DNA of 64,000 bases from Eledone cirrhosa (taxonomy: Eukaryota): contig OZ024746.1 in assembly GCA_964016885.1 (NCBI GenBank), positions 72,726,001 through 72,790,000 on the forward strand, read 5' to 3'. Positions 1 through 11,681 of the stretch are shown in pieces (the stretch's first letter is position 1; every line of letters begins with the position of its first letter). The notes below the pieces were generated by a model that worked only from the letters and a program-made list of their open reading frames with translations, ran no database searches and was not told the DNA's origin. The translations under genes and the position numbers were made by a program.

Positions 1-569
1 TATATATTATATATTGGTCATGTTGCTGATACAACAAAAAGCACTGTCCACTTTTAAGTAATTGTGACTTGACATAAATCACCTGGTCATGCTGTATAAA
101 GTGGTCTACTGGTGATTAGATGAATGAAAAAGTACCCAGCTGTAAAAACCAAACCAAAAACAGTTCTGTATGAGCAAGACAGTTCGGAAATATCCCCAAG
201 AAACAAATTCTCTTAGGAAAAAATATTAAGTAAAACAAGTAAATGAAAATAGGACCACCTTTATATTTGTAGAACTGTCACAGCAGGACTTAGGTGACGA
301 GGGGAGGGCTGTTCTCTAAAAATCGGGACTGTTGAAGCAGGAAGAATGGAAATCATCATAATCATAGTACATAACTTACTATTGCCATTGAAGGATAGTT
401 TGTATATACATACATAAAAAAAAAAAAATCACATGTTGAAGTTATTTGATGCATATACACACACACAGCAAAAACCAACCAAACTGAGTGTTTTCTGTTA
501 TTAATTCTGGCAATATTATTACAACAATATGACCCTCCCCAAGTATATATATATATATTATATATACAT

Positions 570-917
570 GTAAAGTTATATTTAAAATTGTTGGGTTACA
601 ACTAGTAAATATTTATAACTGATATAAAAGCACTCGACAAATATTTGGAGTATATTTACAATATTAAATAAATGGAAAACTATATTTATAAAACCATATC
701 TATTTCATTATATATATTTCGGGGATATCATATTAACAATATGCTATGCCTTCATCAGACAAAATACAATATAAACAGTTTTATAAACAGTCTATAAAAC
801 TGTTTATATTGTATTTTGTCTGATGAAGGCATAGCATATTGTTAATATGATATCCCCGAAATATATATAATGAAATAGATATGGTTTTATAAATATAGTT
901 TTCCATTTATTTAATAT

Positions 918-921
<4 letters not shown>
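570..921 (-). mobile_element. Penelope-like fold-back element, family A copy 1 (palindrome plus tail, hammerhead in each arm)
   Basis: Near-perfect inverted repeat 657-785/793-921 centred on 789, unique tail 570-656, flanked by (TA)n on both sides. Related copies at 14501-14910 and 34276-34382. Confidence 0.8.
810..880 (+). ncRNA. Minimal type I hammerhead ribozyme (mirror copy on the minus strand at about 698-768)
   Basis: CTGATGA 820-826, imperfect stem II hairpin, GAAA 858-861, palindromic stem III TATATA, AUA cleavage triplet ending at 869. Downstream ATGAAATA pairs with upstream TATTTTGT (stem I, with G-U pairs). Confidence 0.75.
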
Positions 922-984
<63 letters not shown>

Positions 985-1310
985 ATGTGTTGAGGTGTCA
1001 ATACATATCTAATATGTATGATCATGTTTCTCAAAAACTCAAGGGATCTTGGTTCAGAGTGTTAATTATTGTTCAAATTTAAAAGATACATGTAGAGAAA
1101 GAGTCATATATTGTTTGAGAAACGTACCATTTGTACATGTACATGTATAGAGAGATCAAATAATATTCAGGAAAATGGTAAAAAGGTCGATGATTGTTTT
1201 ATCATCTTAAAGTATGTATATTTTCCTAAATATTATTTGATGTCTCTCTTTCTCTCTCGAGGTGTACAAAATGCTGTTTCTCAAACGATATATGACTTTC
1301 TCTCTATAAA
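985..1310 (-). mobile_element. Degenerate Penelope-like fold-back element
   Basis: Imperfect inverted repeat about 1093-1177/1219-1307, tail 985-1092 containing an ACTC...GAGT hairpin (1037-1060), flanked by (CA)n/(TA)n. The hammerhead core is decayed. Confidence 0.55.
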
Positions 1311-1332
1311 TTTATATTATATATATATATAT

Positions 1333-1516
1333 AGAAGTGGTTACACAACAGTTAGTTCACCATACCGAGAACAATTGTTTCACCTTAGCGGATCCTCAGC
1401 TCGTAATGGACCATTACGAGCTGAGGATCAGCTAAGGTGAAACAATTGTTTTCTACCTCATCCCATGGACTGAGTGCTCTACCACTACGGATATTACCTT
1501 CCAGTGTTCTACCACT
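1333..1516 (+). mobile_element. Short fold-back hammerhead element (family B)
   Basis: Palindrome 1370-1409/1411-1450. CTGAGGA (1421-1427), short stem II, then GAAACAATTG in both arms. The minus-strand copy has stem I CCATTACGAG/CTCGGTATGG. The tail contains TGAGTGCT, and the element is flanked by (TA)n. Confidence 0.7.
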
Positions 1517-2422
1517 ATATATATATTTATACACACACGTTTAGTAAAGAGTAAAAATTTACAGGAAAAAAAACAAAAACCCTATTACATTTATATATCC
1601 GTAATATCAAATGTTTATTAGGGATTTATAACACCAAAATATCCATAAAATTTGGCTACGAATTTGATATTCAGATACTAGCTTAAGAACATTATCAAGA
1701 TGACTCCTAATTAGTAATTATCCTTGCACTAATTAATTCTCATATACGAAAGGAATATAGCATATTACCAGTAACCATTTGGTTCCAGTAGTTAACTACT
1801 GCATTTTTATTTTTATTAAATAGACTGGAATGAAAATAGGATGTGATGATGGTCATACTTTTCTGTGAAATAAAATCGACGTGCAAAATCCACATCTACA
1901 AGAAATATATACCAAATCACTCCATACTGCGTTTAAATTGGGGACTGAATTTTAGCCCTTCCGTTACTATTTAAGTCTATTCAGAGCTGACGTACAATGG
2001 GGAACCTTTACGTGGTTGTAACTCGACTTGCTAGAAGTAGCAGCCAAATTCTCTTAAACCACACACCCTAAAAGTGACATTAAACCTTTTGCTAAAGCAA
2101 GGTACTGCCTATGATTTTCAAATCATTCTGAAAACTTTCAGGAATTTGGAGAAATCTAGTGATACAATCTATGTTCCAAACAGAAACTTAGCTAATAAAG
2201 GTTCTTACATAAAATTACGATAAATATAAGCACTTTAAAATAGTTTTCTATCATAGAATCAAGGATGGTTTGATAACAAAATGATTTTTTCAAAGTATCA
2301 CTGATAATAGATCTTGAGTTAAGGAAACGAAAATATCCCGTCCGATTTATGAGCCATTTTGCATGCACACACTCGTTCAAAATTAGGGAATCCTATATAT
2401 ATATATATATACACACACATAT

Positions 2423-2712
2423 ATAATCATGTTCCACAAAATAGAAAATATATTCTAAGTTTAATCGTGGATTCGGAGTTGAATAGGAGCTAGTACGTGA
2501 GTGTGTGTGTATATAATCATGTTCCACAAAATAGAATATATTATATACATATATATAAGTTTAATCATGCATTCAGAGTTGAATAGGAGCTAGTACGTGT
2601 GTGTGCGTGTGTATATATATATATATAATCATGTTCCACAAAATATATATATGTATATAAATATATTCTAAGTTTAATCATGGATTCGGAGTAGAATAGG
2701 AGCTAGTACGTG
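2423..2712. repeat. Three tandem copies of a 75-90 bp unit separated by (TG)n(TA)n
   Basis: ATAATCATGTTCCACAAAA...GAATAGGAGCTAGTACGTG at about 2423, 2513 and 2625. Confidence 0.85.
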
Positions 2713-2713
2713 A

Positions 2714-2744
<31 letters not shown>

Positions 2745-5700
2745 CACACCGTTCATCTTATTTCCCTTTAACGTCTGTTGTCCTTAAGAAAACAGCCCAT
2801 TGTATAAATACACTGACAAATAACTAGCGGAGAAGAGGGGACATTATTAGATGCAAGCACACAATGAAAACACCCTCTACCTCAAATAGTAGTTAAAAGT
2901 TATGAACTATTTTATAAAGAGAGGAAGGACAGTGTAATATCAACGGACTATTGATCCCAATACATGAACGTGTATTTTGTATTAGTATTCTAACCATGTC
3001 GATTAAACATAAGACTGTCGACAGATATTTCATCGACCCCATAAGTTGATATCGAGATGGTTCTAAGCAATAAAACAGAGACAAGCCTGGTTTATATATA
3101 TATACGCACACACAATATTGTTTCTATTTAATAATTACTAAAACAAGATGGTATTCTATTTTTACATTCAATTACACTAACTACTATTCATAATGCACAT
3201 TTCAAGAATTATATTTAATACATTCAACCAAAATTACAAATCCCATCGTGTACCTCCTCTGATAAACCACGTGGAGAAGAAGCAACAACCAAAATGTCTA
3301 CCATAATCGTTTAAAAAATGTGGAGTTTTTAAAACTCAATTTTTTTTTTTATCTTAGAAAAAAAAGTCTTCGTATATTTATATAAACAACATCATATTCA
3401 GAAATAAAATACGTTCCCTCATCGGTTCGCGCGCGTATATACATATATCACCATTTAACGATGGACGGGCAATCACGGTCAGAAACAAGACGTGGTCGGA
3501 TTAGCCATTAGCCACAGCATCCATACCTATGAAATGAATCTGACAAGATAATTTCATTTTCAATATCAACAAAAACTAGAAGACTAGCTAATTAACAGAG
3601 CAATCAAATACCAGTAGGTGTATAATTTAGTCTTGTTTATACACTGGTGATTAAATTAGGATTAGGGATTTACAACTACAGTACTGCTTGAGTACGTAAA
3701 TAAATAATATCGTTTGCATGACTGTGGTTAAGAGTTGATCTTCACAACCAAGTGGCGGTTATGATCTAACTGCGAGGAACGTTAGGCAAGTGTCTTCTAA
3801 TATAGCCTTGGTTTGTTGTCTTCAACTTAAATAACAGGTGTGGTTGGCGAAGATTAAAAAAAATGTGTTGCTGTCAGGAAGGGCATCCGAATGTAGATAC
3901 TATTTTTTTTTTTTTTAATGTACTGTACCATTAAAACACCTACATATAGAGAAAGACTGAATTTCTGATGTTCACAGGTACTTTAACATATTTCTAATGA
4001 AAGACACTGGGTATGATTTTCAAATAATTTTGAAAATCAAGAATTTTGATACATTTATTATTAAATTCTCATTTAGTTTAATAAAGATTCTTAGATAAAA
4101 TTATGGCGGAAGATTTTTTTAAAAATATAAACGGAGGGGGGGGGGGGGATGTCCTAAAGATAATAATTTGAAGGAATTTAGTAAAAGATTAAGTGTATAT
4201 TAATTGGCATATATAAACAGTATTTGTTGCATATAATAGATTCCCAATTTTTAAACAAACAATTTTCTATCACTAGGCTATCAAAAGAGTTATATCGAAT
4301 GCCTTTTTTTCAAACAATTTCCAGAAACGTTCTGCTTCTTGTCAGTTAGCTGCTAAAAATAGGGAACACCCCTCACTAGTAGTCTAAACACCCATACCAC
4401 TAATGAAGCCTAGACATGCATTTAAAACATTTTAAAAAAACCTGAAAAGAAATTTAGATGTTAGTATCATCACCGGAGACAATGTACACACATTACCCAG
4501 ATTTGGAATGCTGTGAATGAGCACACCACGTGATTGTTTCATTTTCTATTTTTTCCAAAGAAATATGTATTTTTTCAAAATTTCGCATTCAATAAAGATA
4601 TATTTATTAAACGACAGGCAGTACAATAACGAGCAGATTGGGTGCAACAATATTTGGTCTATCGAAAATGGAAGTAAATTACAGAGAAAGGGAGATTGAA
4701 AGTTTTGTATAGTATATATTCTAAAATTTATAAAATTTTGCATTGAACAAAACCTAGTTATCCCAGTGAATTCAGTTGAAAATAAGTACCAGCAGTATTT
4801 GGAAGTCAGCTCTGCGATGGACTGACGCCATCTCCAAGGAATAGAGATAGCTAGATTTGTACTCTTAGTTGCTTAAACACCAATGAAAGCTATAAGCCCC
4901 GGTCTTTTATTGTGAATTATAAAAAAAATACTCATAATACAATACATTATGTTATAGTAATGCCGTTGAAACAATTAATGATTCAGTCCGTGATGACCGG
5001 TCCAACCCAAATGAAAGTTAAATACTGATAATCATCATCGATGAGAGTAATGTAATGAACGGCTTATGATTTGTTCGCTATATATCTGGAGAAGTTTATA
5101 TTGTAGCGAAATTCTAGATATGAATATAAAATACAAAGCGGACAACACGAAAAACACTTTCAATTCAATTTCGACGAACCAAAATAAATGTATACACCTA
5201 AATCTGTTTCCATATATTTTTTTTAATAATCTGTATTTTTTATGAAGATAGCGACAATTAAAAAAGAAAAGAAATGTTGGTTTCGAAGATAATAGTTGTA
5301 GAAATGACAATGTTCGGTGTATTACTCTTTAACAGAAAACGCTATGATTGGAAGTATAACATCACAATGAAAGTATGTCCCCTTTATTTTCAAGGCTTCA
5401 CGAACTAGCATTAAAAAAGACACGATCCTCATAAAAATTTCGAAAATGCATCCCTGCAAAATTCCATTAAACAATTTATATATACATTATTAATAGAAGT
5501 AAATTCGAAATAAGAAAACGAAAATAACTATGCATGTTTCTTCGTCGGCTCGTCTCTATTGTCAAAGTCAAATGTTTTGAGGAAACAAACGAAGTAGATG
5601 GCAGGAACACTAAATTATAGTTATGCCAAGAAATGTGATATATGCATGAGCAGAGGAAGAGAAACTTTCTGACTTACCTAAATATTTTTCAATCACTGAG

Positions 5701-7701
5701 GATAAATTTCGACAGTGAATTAAAAAAAAACAACAAAGTTTAAAATTCTGCCGAATGTGGTATCTTTGACATGATTATTTCAGATCGCCGATTAAGTTAC
5801 GGTTATATTTTAATCCGGCCTTGGTAATCCGCAACATTATTATCGGCACTCACACCACGAAATTTAATACCTGTCCAGATTGTCATGTAATGAACAGCCG
5901 GTAAAATGTTTAGTTCCAGCTAATATATTCTCTACATGGCCACATGTTGAATGAATTCCCTTCTGTTGGTGCTGTCCAAATTTCTCTAGCTTTCGTATCA
6001 AAGAACAGCAGTTTCTGGCGACACCATTCATTGACGTGGATGAGTGTACCGAGAATCCGCATACAAAGTCAAATATAATTTCTATTACAATATAACATCA
6101 ATTCAGAATTTTCCGTAAATGATTTGTCGCGCACAGAACCTTTTTTGGTACTTTGGACCATTTCCAAACGACACTGGAGTGGCCCGTTGTTGAAGCCACA
6201 AACACACCTCTGGGTTATCTCTTAAAAAATTATCGTATAATTCATTTCGTGAAGATACTTTAGAATCGTCACAGAACTCCACCACCACAAAAAGAAAATC
6301 TACGATTAAATAAACGTTATGTCTGGGAATAGATTTTAAAAATGCACCTTCGTGATTACAATGAAAGAATTCGATTTGAATAAAAGCCACGTTATTTTTT
6401 GGAGCCAGGCCAATTTGGCGCATGCCCAGAACAATCGCATCCAAAGCCACTTAATGTCATTGTCACCTAGTGATACATGGAATGAACATGGCAAGCCAGC
6501 TTTGTTTAGATTATGTATATTCTGTTGGCTCATTCATGTTTTGGAGAAATTCGAAAAAAACAAACAAAACAATCGGTTCAGTACTCCAAAAAAGGAGCAA
6601 AAAAAGTTAAATTTTAATAAAATAAAATTAAAAAGATACTTATTCCAAAACTCATCCCACTTTATCGATTCAAAATGAAAGGCCCAATAGCTTGCTTCCC
6701 CACCCCCTGGGGTTTGAACTCACAACGTAAAGGGAGGGACAAAAGAAAATACAACCTAAGCATTTAGTCCAGCATTCCTGTTTCTGACACTCCACCAACC
6801 GCACCAGGGTAATAAGAAGAGAAATTTATTAGGCCACGGATTTGGGGGAAGGAAAAAATAAATTACAAGATGTTTTTTTAACAGCATAACTGAGAATTGA
6901 AACTGGATACTTCAGCTTCGGCCGGCAGGAAGCTGCTTACCTCTTGCTTGCTATTGTTTTCGGCCGCTCTCCGTAAATGTAATAATCATTTAAAACCAAC
7001 CGGAGAGACAATAGATTATTAGTTACAGTCAAAAGTCAAAATACAATTTTACCTTATATAACTCCTGAGGTAGTTCGCCAACTCTTGCCATGCATGGAGG
7101 TATACTTTTTCCTTCAATGCTGTTTTCCATAGAGGATGCTGCATGGTAAAGAAATTAGTTTCGCAATCAAAGTCCAGGGTTCGATCCCACTGCATGGTAT
7201 CTTGGGCAACTGTCATTTGCTATAGCGTTAGGTTGGCCCGAGACTTAAGCGAAATTGGATAGACGGAATGTTTGGAAGCCTCGGCAAATGGACTGTACCT
7301 CAGATTCAAAGGGCCAGGTGTCACACTTTACAGTGAATCTGGGAATTGTTAGGTGTAAATATATCCGTCGAATGTTCATTCACTTAAACTATAATTCAAA
7401 GGGCCAATCCTGTCACGCTGAACCATTAACAATTACGATAAGGGTACATGTGTAGAATGCTCAGCCACTTACATGTTTATTTCAGTAGCATGCTATTCTG
7501 TTTATATCCAACATTTACCGTCGAAACCAACGGGGAACTATTCGATATTTTCCCATTACATTTGCTGTTACGTGACACCAAGAGCGATGTTTCCTTCTAC
7601 AATCCAATGAGGAAGTAGAATTAAAAGAAAAGGTAATTCATGCAAGTAAAAGTTGATAAAACACCATGCGAGCTACTTCAGCAGCATGTATGTATATATA
7701 C

Positions 7702-7732
<31 letters not shown>

Positions 7733-7749
7733 CATATACACACACACAC

Positions 7750-7781
<32 letters not shown>

Positions 7782-9762
7782 TTATAATATATATACTTTT
7801 ACCTGTTCCAGCCTTATTATGTATATATACATTTACCTGTTCCAGCCAATAAGCTGTAGCCATACTGGGACAACGCCATATATAATAATTTAATTTTTTT
7901 ATATATTCAGTTAATAAATTATATTTGGTAATAAAGTAACAAAAAGCATATATAAGTGTAATAATCCAAGTTTCATTTTAATATACTAATAATAATAGTT
8001 TGTTGTCCCTTACATGTTAAAAAAAAAAAAAAAACGGCTCTAAACAGGGCCATTATGAGAGGTCTTACCAATGTGACGGAAATGGCATGGGTGGGTTGGT
8101 TGGCAAGGAAACACACACTCACACGTACATGCACACAAAAATAATAAATGCTTCATACATATGCTTGAAAAGATTGAGAGGGGAGAGAAATATCAGTGTG
8201 TAGTTAAATTGTGACGTTCATGCCTGTCTAGAAGGCAATAGCGACCTAAGTGATGTAAAGTGAAGTGCGAAGAATTTAGCAACGATCGCTACGAAATGAA
8301 ATAGAAACCTGGCTGCGGAATCGACTCCAGTTCGCCGAAAGCACATTTCCTTCCCCTTCCTTTATAACTCTACAAACACTCGAAGCGACAAGCTTTCTTA
8401 AAAATTTATGCATGAAACCCTCACATCATCATCAAATGTTATTATAGGGAGTTTGGTGTGACGTTTATGCCATTTCCAATGGCATTGGTAGTAAATATAG
8501 TAAAAAAAAAAAAATTAAAAAAAAAAGGAAATGTTAAAAACATTAGTTTTTATGATAAATAAATAACGTTGAGTATATTTATATTGTTCAAAAATGAATC
8601 CTTGTTTTTAAATGAAGAAATATGATAAATTTTTGTGAGTAGATGGACATATTTTGGCAGGGTGTAGTGATTTTTTTTTCTATCCACCTTTTAGCATTTT
8701 TTTTTTTTGTTAACTTCAAGAGTTTTGATAAAATTCAAGAGTTTGTAGTATTTTTTTTTCTTTAGGCAATATGTAAAATAATAGTGTGTTTATCTAATTC
8801 ACGAATTCACAATACTTATTTAGAGGGTCTTCATATGGCAGAGGGGATTGCTTATATAAACCTTTTAAAAACATTCTACCTCATCGGTAATGGGTTAAAA
8901 AATAAACAATAGACATTAAAAAAATGTCCTTGAGTTTTTGAAAGCAAACCTGAACAAATTACATGGAGCAGTGTAACACTAGAATAATTTTTCTTAAAAT
9001 TATGTTAATAATTTAGAAAGAATCTATATTTAAAATTATCAATAAAATATTTAGATATTCTTTAAACTTGTTTAGCCACAATAGAAAAGCAATGGCCATG
9101 CTGGAACTATTTCGTCCCCTTCTTTGTAGCTTATTTTGGTTACAAAAGACTTCTCTATCAAGATAAGAAAGGAATTTCAGCTCCATGTGTTTCGTCAAGT
9201 TTGATGTCGAAAACTTAAGGTCTTATCTTTTTCAGAGAAGTACATCACAAAAAATATTTAAAAAACACAAAAGGTTTATAAAGAGACACTAAATCAAGAA
9301 ATAAGGGCGCCTTTTCTTCCTCCCTTTCCCATTAAATACTACTATACACGAATAAACAAAAAACAATAAATCTATATTTAATGTTATCCCGAATGGAGGT
9401 GTAAAGAGGGAGAGAATAGGCGGTTTTCGGCAACAGACATAGAAGAAGCATTGGTAAATTTTTACAATTACACCCGTCGGTAAAATTTACCGAAGCATTA
9501 AAGAATGCTTCCTCGGATAGATATGGCATGAAGAATCTGATTTTTCAGAGATGATATGAAGAAGTCTTGTGACTCATGACTTTCTTCTGGAGGGGGAGGG
9601 GGTTAGTTACATATAACCTAACGGCGACGCCAAGGAGTACACAATGATTCAAGCGAGATTGAATCTGGGTCGAGAACTCGCCAACACGGAAATGAATTTT
9701 TAAAATGAGCAGGTAGTCCTTAACTTTAAAACACCAAACCTAAACAAGAGTATGGAAATTAA

Positions 9763-9798
<36 letters not shown>

Positions 9799-10284
9799 CT
9801 AACTAACACATTTCTAAAGACTTAACACAAAAGAGAAAGAAAATACAATTCATATTTAAAAGCATCACACTGAGGCCAGTTCTATTATTAAAAATCATAC
9901 TTTATCACTCAAATGCAAGTTTTCTTCCCGCGCTTGTTTAGGTTTAGTATCAAAAACTTAAGGTTGATTTTTGAAAATACATATATTAGCGAGAAATTGA
10001 ATGCAGCAGGCTCCCGACAGAAAGAAATGTCTGCAAGGCACCGCAGAATATTTTTTTGTTGTTTGTTTGTTCGCCTTCCTTGTATGGTAAATGGCACTTC
10101 CACACAAGAAACTGAACATTATTTGCAAATAGTCTGTTTTCATTAAGCTAAAGGAGGTCACACAACGAAGTTTTAGATGGTGGTAGGTAAGGTTGGCATT
10201 AAAAAATAATATATATACATAAATATTACATTTTAGAAAACGTAAAATTATTGCCGTACTAAGAAAAAAATGTGAGGGAATTAT

Positions 10285-11178
10285 TTAACGCCTATAACCT
10301 CCCCCTCCCATACCACCACCACCACTGCCACCTTTACCGTAACCTCCACCGTAAGGACCACCAGTATTACGATGCGAAAAATTACCTTGTCTCTGGGCCC
10401 CACCGAAAGATCCGCTGCCATAATTGGATCCGAACCCGTTACCGTAGCCACTGTTGTAATCGTTGTTTCCGTAGCGGCCATCGCTGCCTTGGTAATATCC
10501 GCCGCCGTTGTTGTAACCACCACCCTGGCTCGATCCCCAGCTGCTGCCTCCGTAACCGCCGCCTCCACCGCCACCGGCGCGGCCGCCGCCTGGACGACCT
10601 CCGGGACCCCCACGACTGCCTACTTCGGTCTTCGATACAGCTTTCTTAACTTCGATGCTTTTCTCCCCTAAAGGAAACCTCTTCCTAATCACACACTTGT
10701 CTACACAGTCGAAATCATCAAAGGTTACAAAGCAGAAACGCTTCTGCTTACCAGTTGCCTTGTCCTTTATCATCTCCACTTTCTCGACTCTACCGTACGG
10801 GCTGAACAGATCACGGATTTCATCTTCAGTTGTTGTCTCCTCCAAGCCACCGACGAACATTTTCTTCACGGACGCCTGAGTCTCTTCCGATCCATCGCGA
10901 GGCATGGCGCGCTTCGTGTCTAAAGTCTTCTTGTCAAGCATGTGCGGTCGTTGCGACTGTGCCTTGTCTAGTTGTGCTGCCGACTGATAAGTGACAAAAC
11001 CGAAGCCACGGGAGCGGTTGCTTGATGGATTTTTCATTACCACGCAGTCCACCACTTCTCCCCATGTTTCGAAGTATTGGCGAAGAATATCTTCCGTCGT
11101 TTCATTATTCAGACCTCCTATGAAGAGCTTTCGGTATTTCTCAGCGTTGGGATCGTCGTTGCAGTAATTACTCATCAT
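10285..11178 (-). CDS. Heterogeneous nuclear ribonucleoprotein A1/A2/A3-like (hnRNP A/B family), intronless CDS, 297 aa
   Basis: RRM1 (RKLFIGGL, RSRGFGFVTY), RRM2 (KKMFVGGL, KRFCFVTFDDFD), EVKKA, and a Gly/Tyr/Asn-rich C-terminus with GGPYGGGY. First ATG at 11178 (MMSNYC), TAA at 10285-10287. The longer ORF-track start is not an ATG. Confidence 0.95.
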   Translation of the reverse strand: MMSNYCNDDPNAEKYRKLFIGGLNNETTEDILRQYFETWGEVVDCVVMKNPSSNRSRGFGFVTYQSAAQLDKAQSQRPHMLDKKTLDTKRAMPRDGSEETQASVKKMFVGGLEETTTEDEIRDLFSPYGRVEKVEMIKDKATGKQKRFCFVTFDDFDCVDKCVIRKRFPLGEKSIEVKKAVSKTEVGSRGGPGGRPGGGRAGGGGGGGYGGSSWGSSQGGGYNNGGGYYQGSDGRYGNNDYNSGYGNGFGSNYGSGSFGGAQRQGNFSHRNTGGPYGGGYGKGGSGGGGMGGGGYRR

Positions 11179-11667
11179 TTTGAATTTTGATTGTAATAAC
11201 TTTTCTTCAACAATGGAATATGGTTGAAATTCAACTTTGATGACGGAGTTTACAAAATTAAATATATATTTTCCTTTCTTCTTCAGCAATGTTATATTTG
11301 TTGACAGGAGGGTAACTATCAGTTGAGAAAATAAAAATCCACAGCGAATTTTCAAATTACAAATGAAGTATCCTTTATGGCTTGCTTGCTTCCGTAGCAG
11401 CAGAACAAGAAAAGCTAGTCAAAGCGAAAGATACGATTACTTTTTATCCTCTTCATTGTTCGTTGTATATTTTTTACTACCTGGAGACGTTTTGTAAATT
11501 TCCAACAGCTACAAAAAGAAACTAAGCTAATAATATTTTTTCTTTGCTCATTAATTAATTTTTTAAATTGATTTCGAATTTAATAAAATTACGAAAATGT
11601 AGGTCGTGATTAAAACACTAAATGACAATTTAAATAATCGCTGAACCACATGGTATGCAATGGAGCC

Positions 11668-11681
11668 GTCCGATTGGTTGT
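11668..11681 (-). promoter_or_regulatory. Candidate CCAAT box upstream of the hnRNP gene
   Basis: Plus strand CCGATTGGTTG is CAACCAATCGG on the gene strand, about 500 bp upstream of the ATG. A 5'UTR donor-like CAG|GTAGT lies near 11480. Confidence 0.35.

Noticed and set aside
804-1034. ORFs rich in YI/CV/HT repeats (also 7640-7893, 22416-22700, 25689-25891 and others)
   Set aside because: They are translations of (TA)n/(CA)n microsatellites.
2423-2712. CRISPR-like array
   Set aside because: Units are too long and divergent, the spacers are microsatellites, the context is eukaryotic and there are no cas genes.
2750-3095. Possible further minus-strand PLE pLTR with hammerhead
   Set aside because: GAAA and a GUC-like site are present but no CTGANGA core; too degraded to call.
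4985-5035. C/D box snoRNA (GTGATGA...CTGA)
   Set aside because: Too short, weak terminal stem, and no identifiable guide.
6103-6450. 115-aa minus-strand ORF
   Set aside because: No recognisable domain and no exon chain.
10272-10879. Overlapping antisense and alternative-frame ORFs on the hnRNP gene
   Set aside because: By-products of GC-rich Gly codons that lack stops.
11179-11355. N-terminal extension of the hnRNP ORF in the ORF track
   Set aside because: Non-ATG start, AT-rich, with no family similarity; probably 5'UTR or intron.
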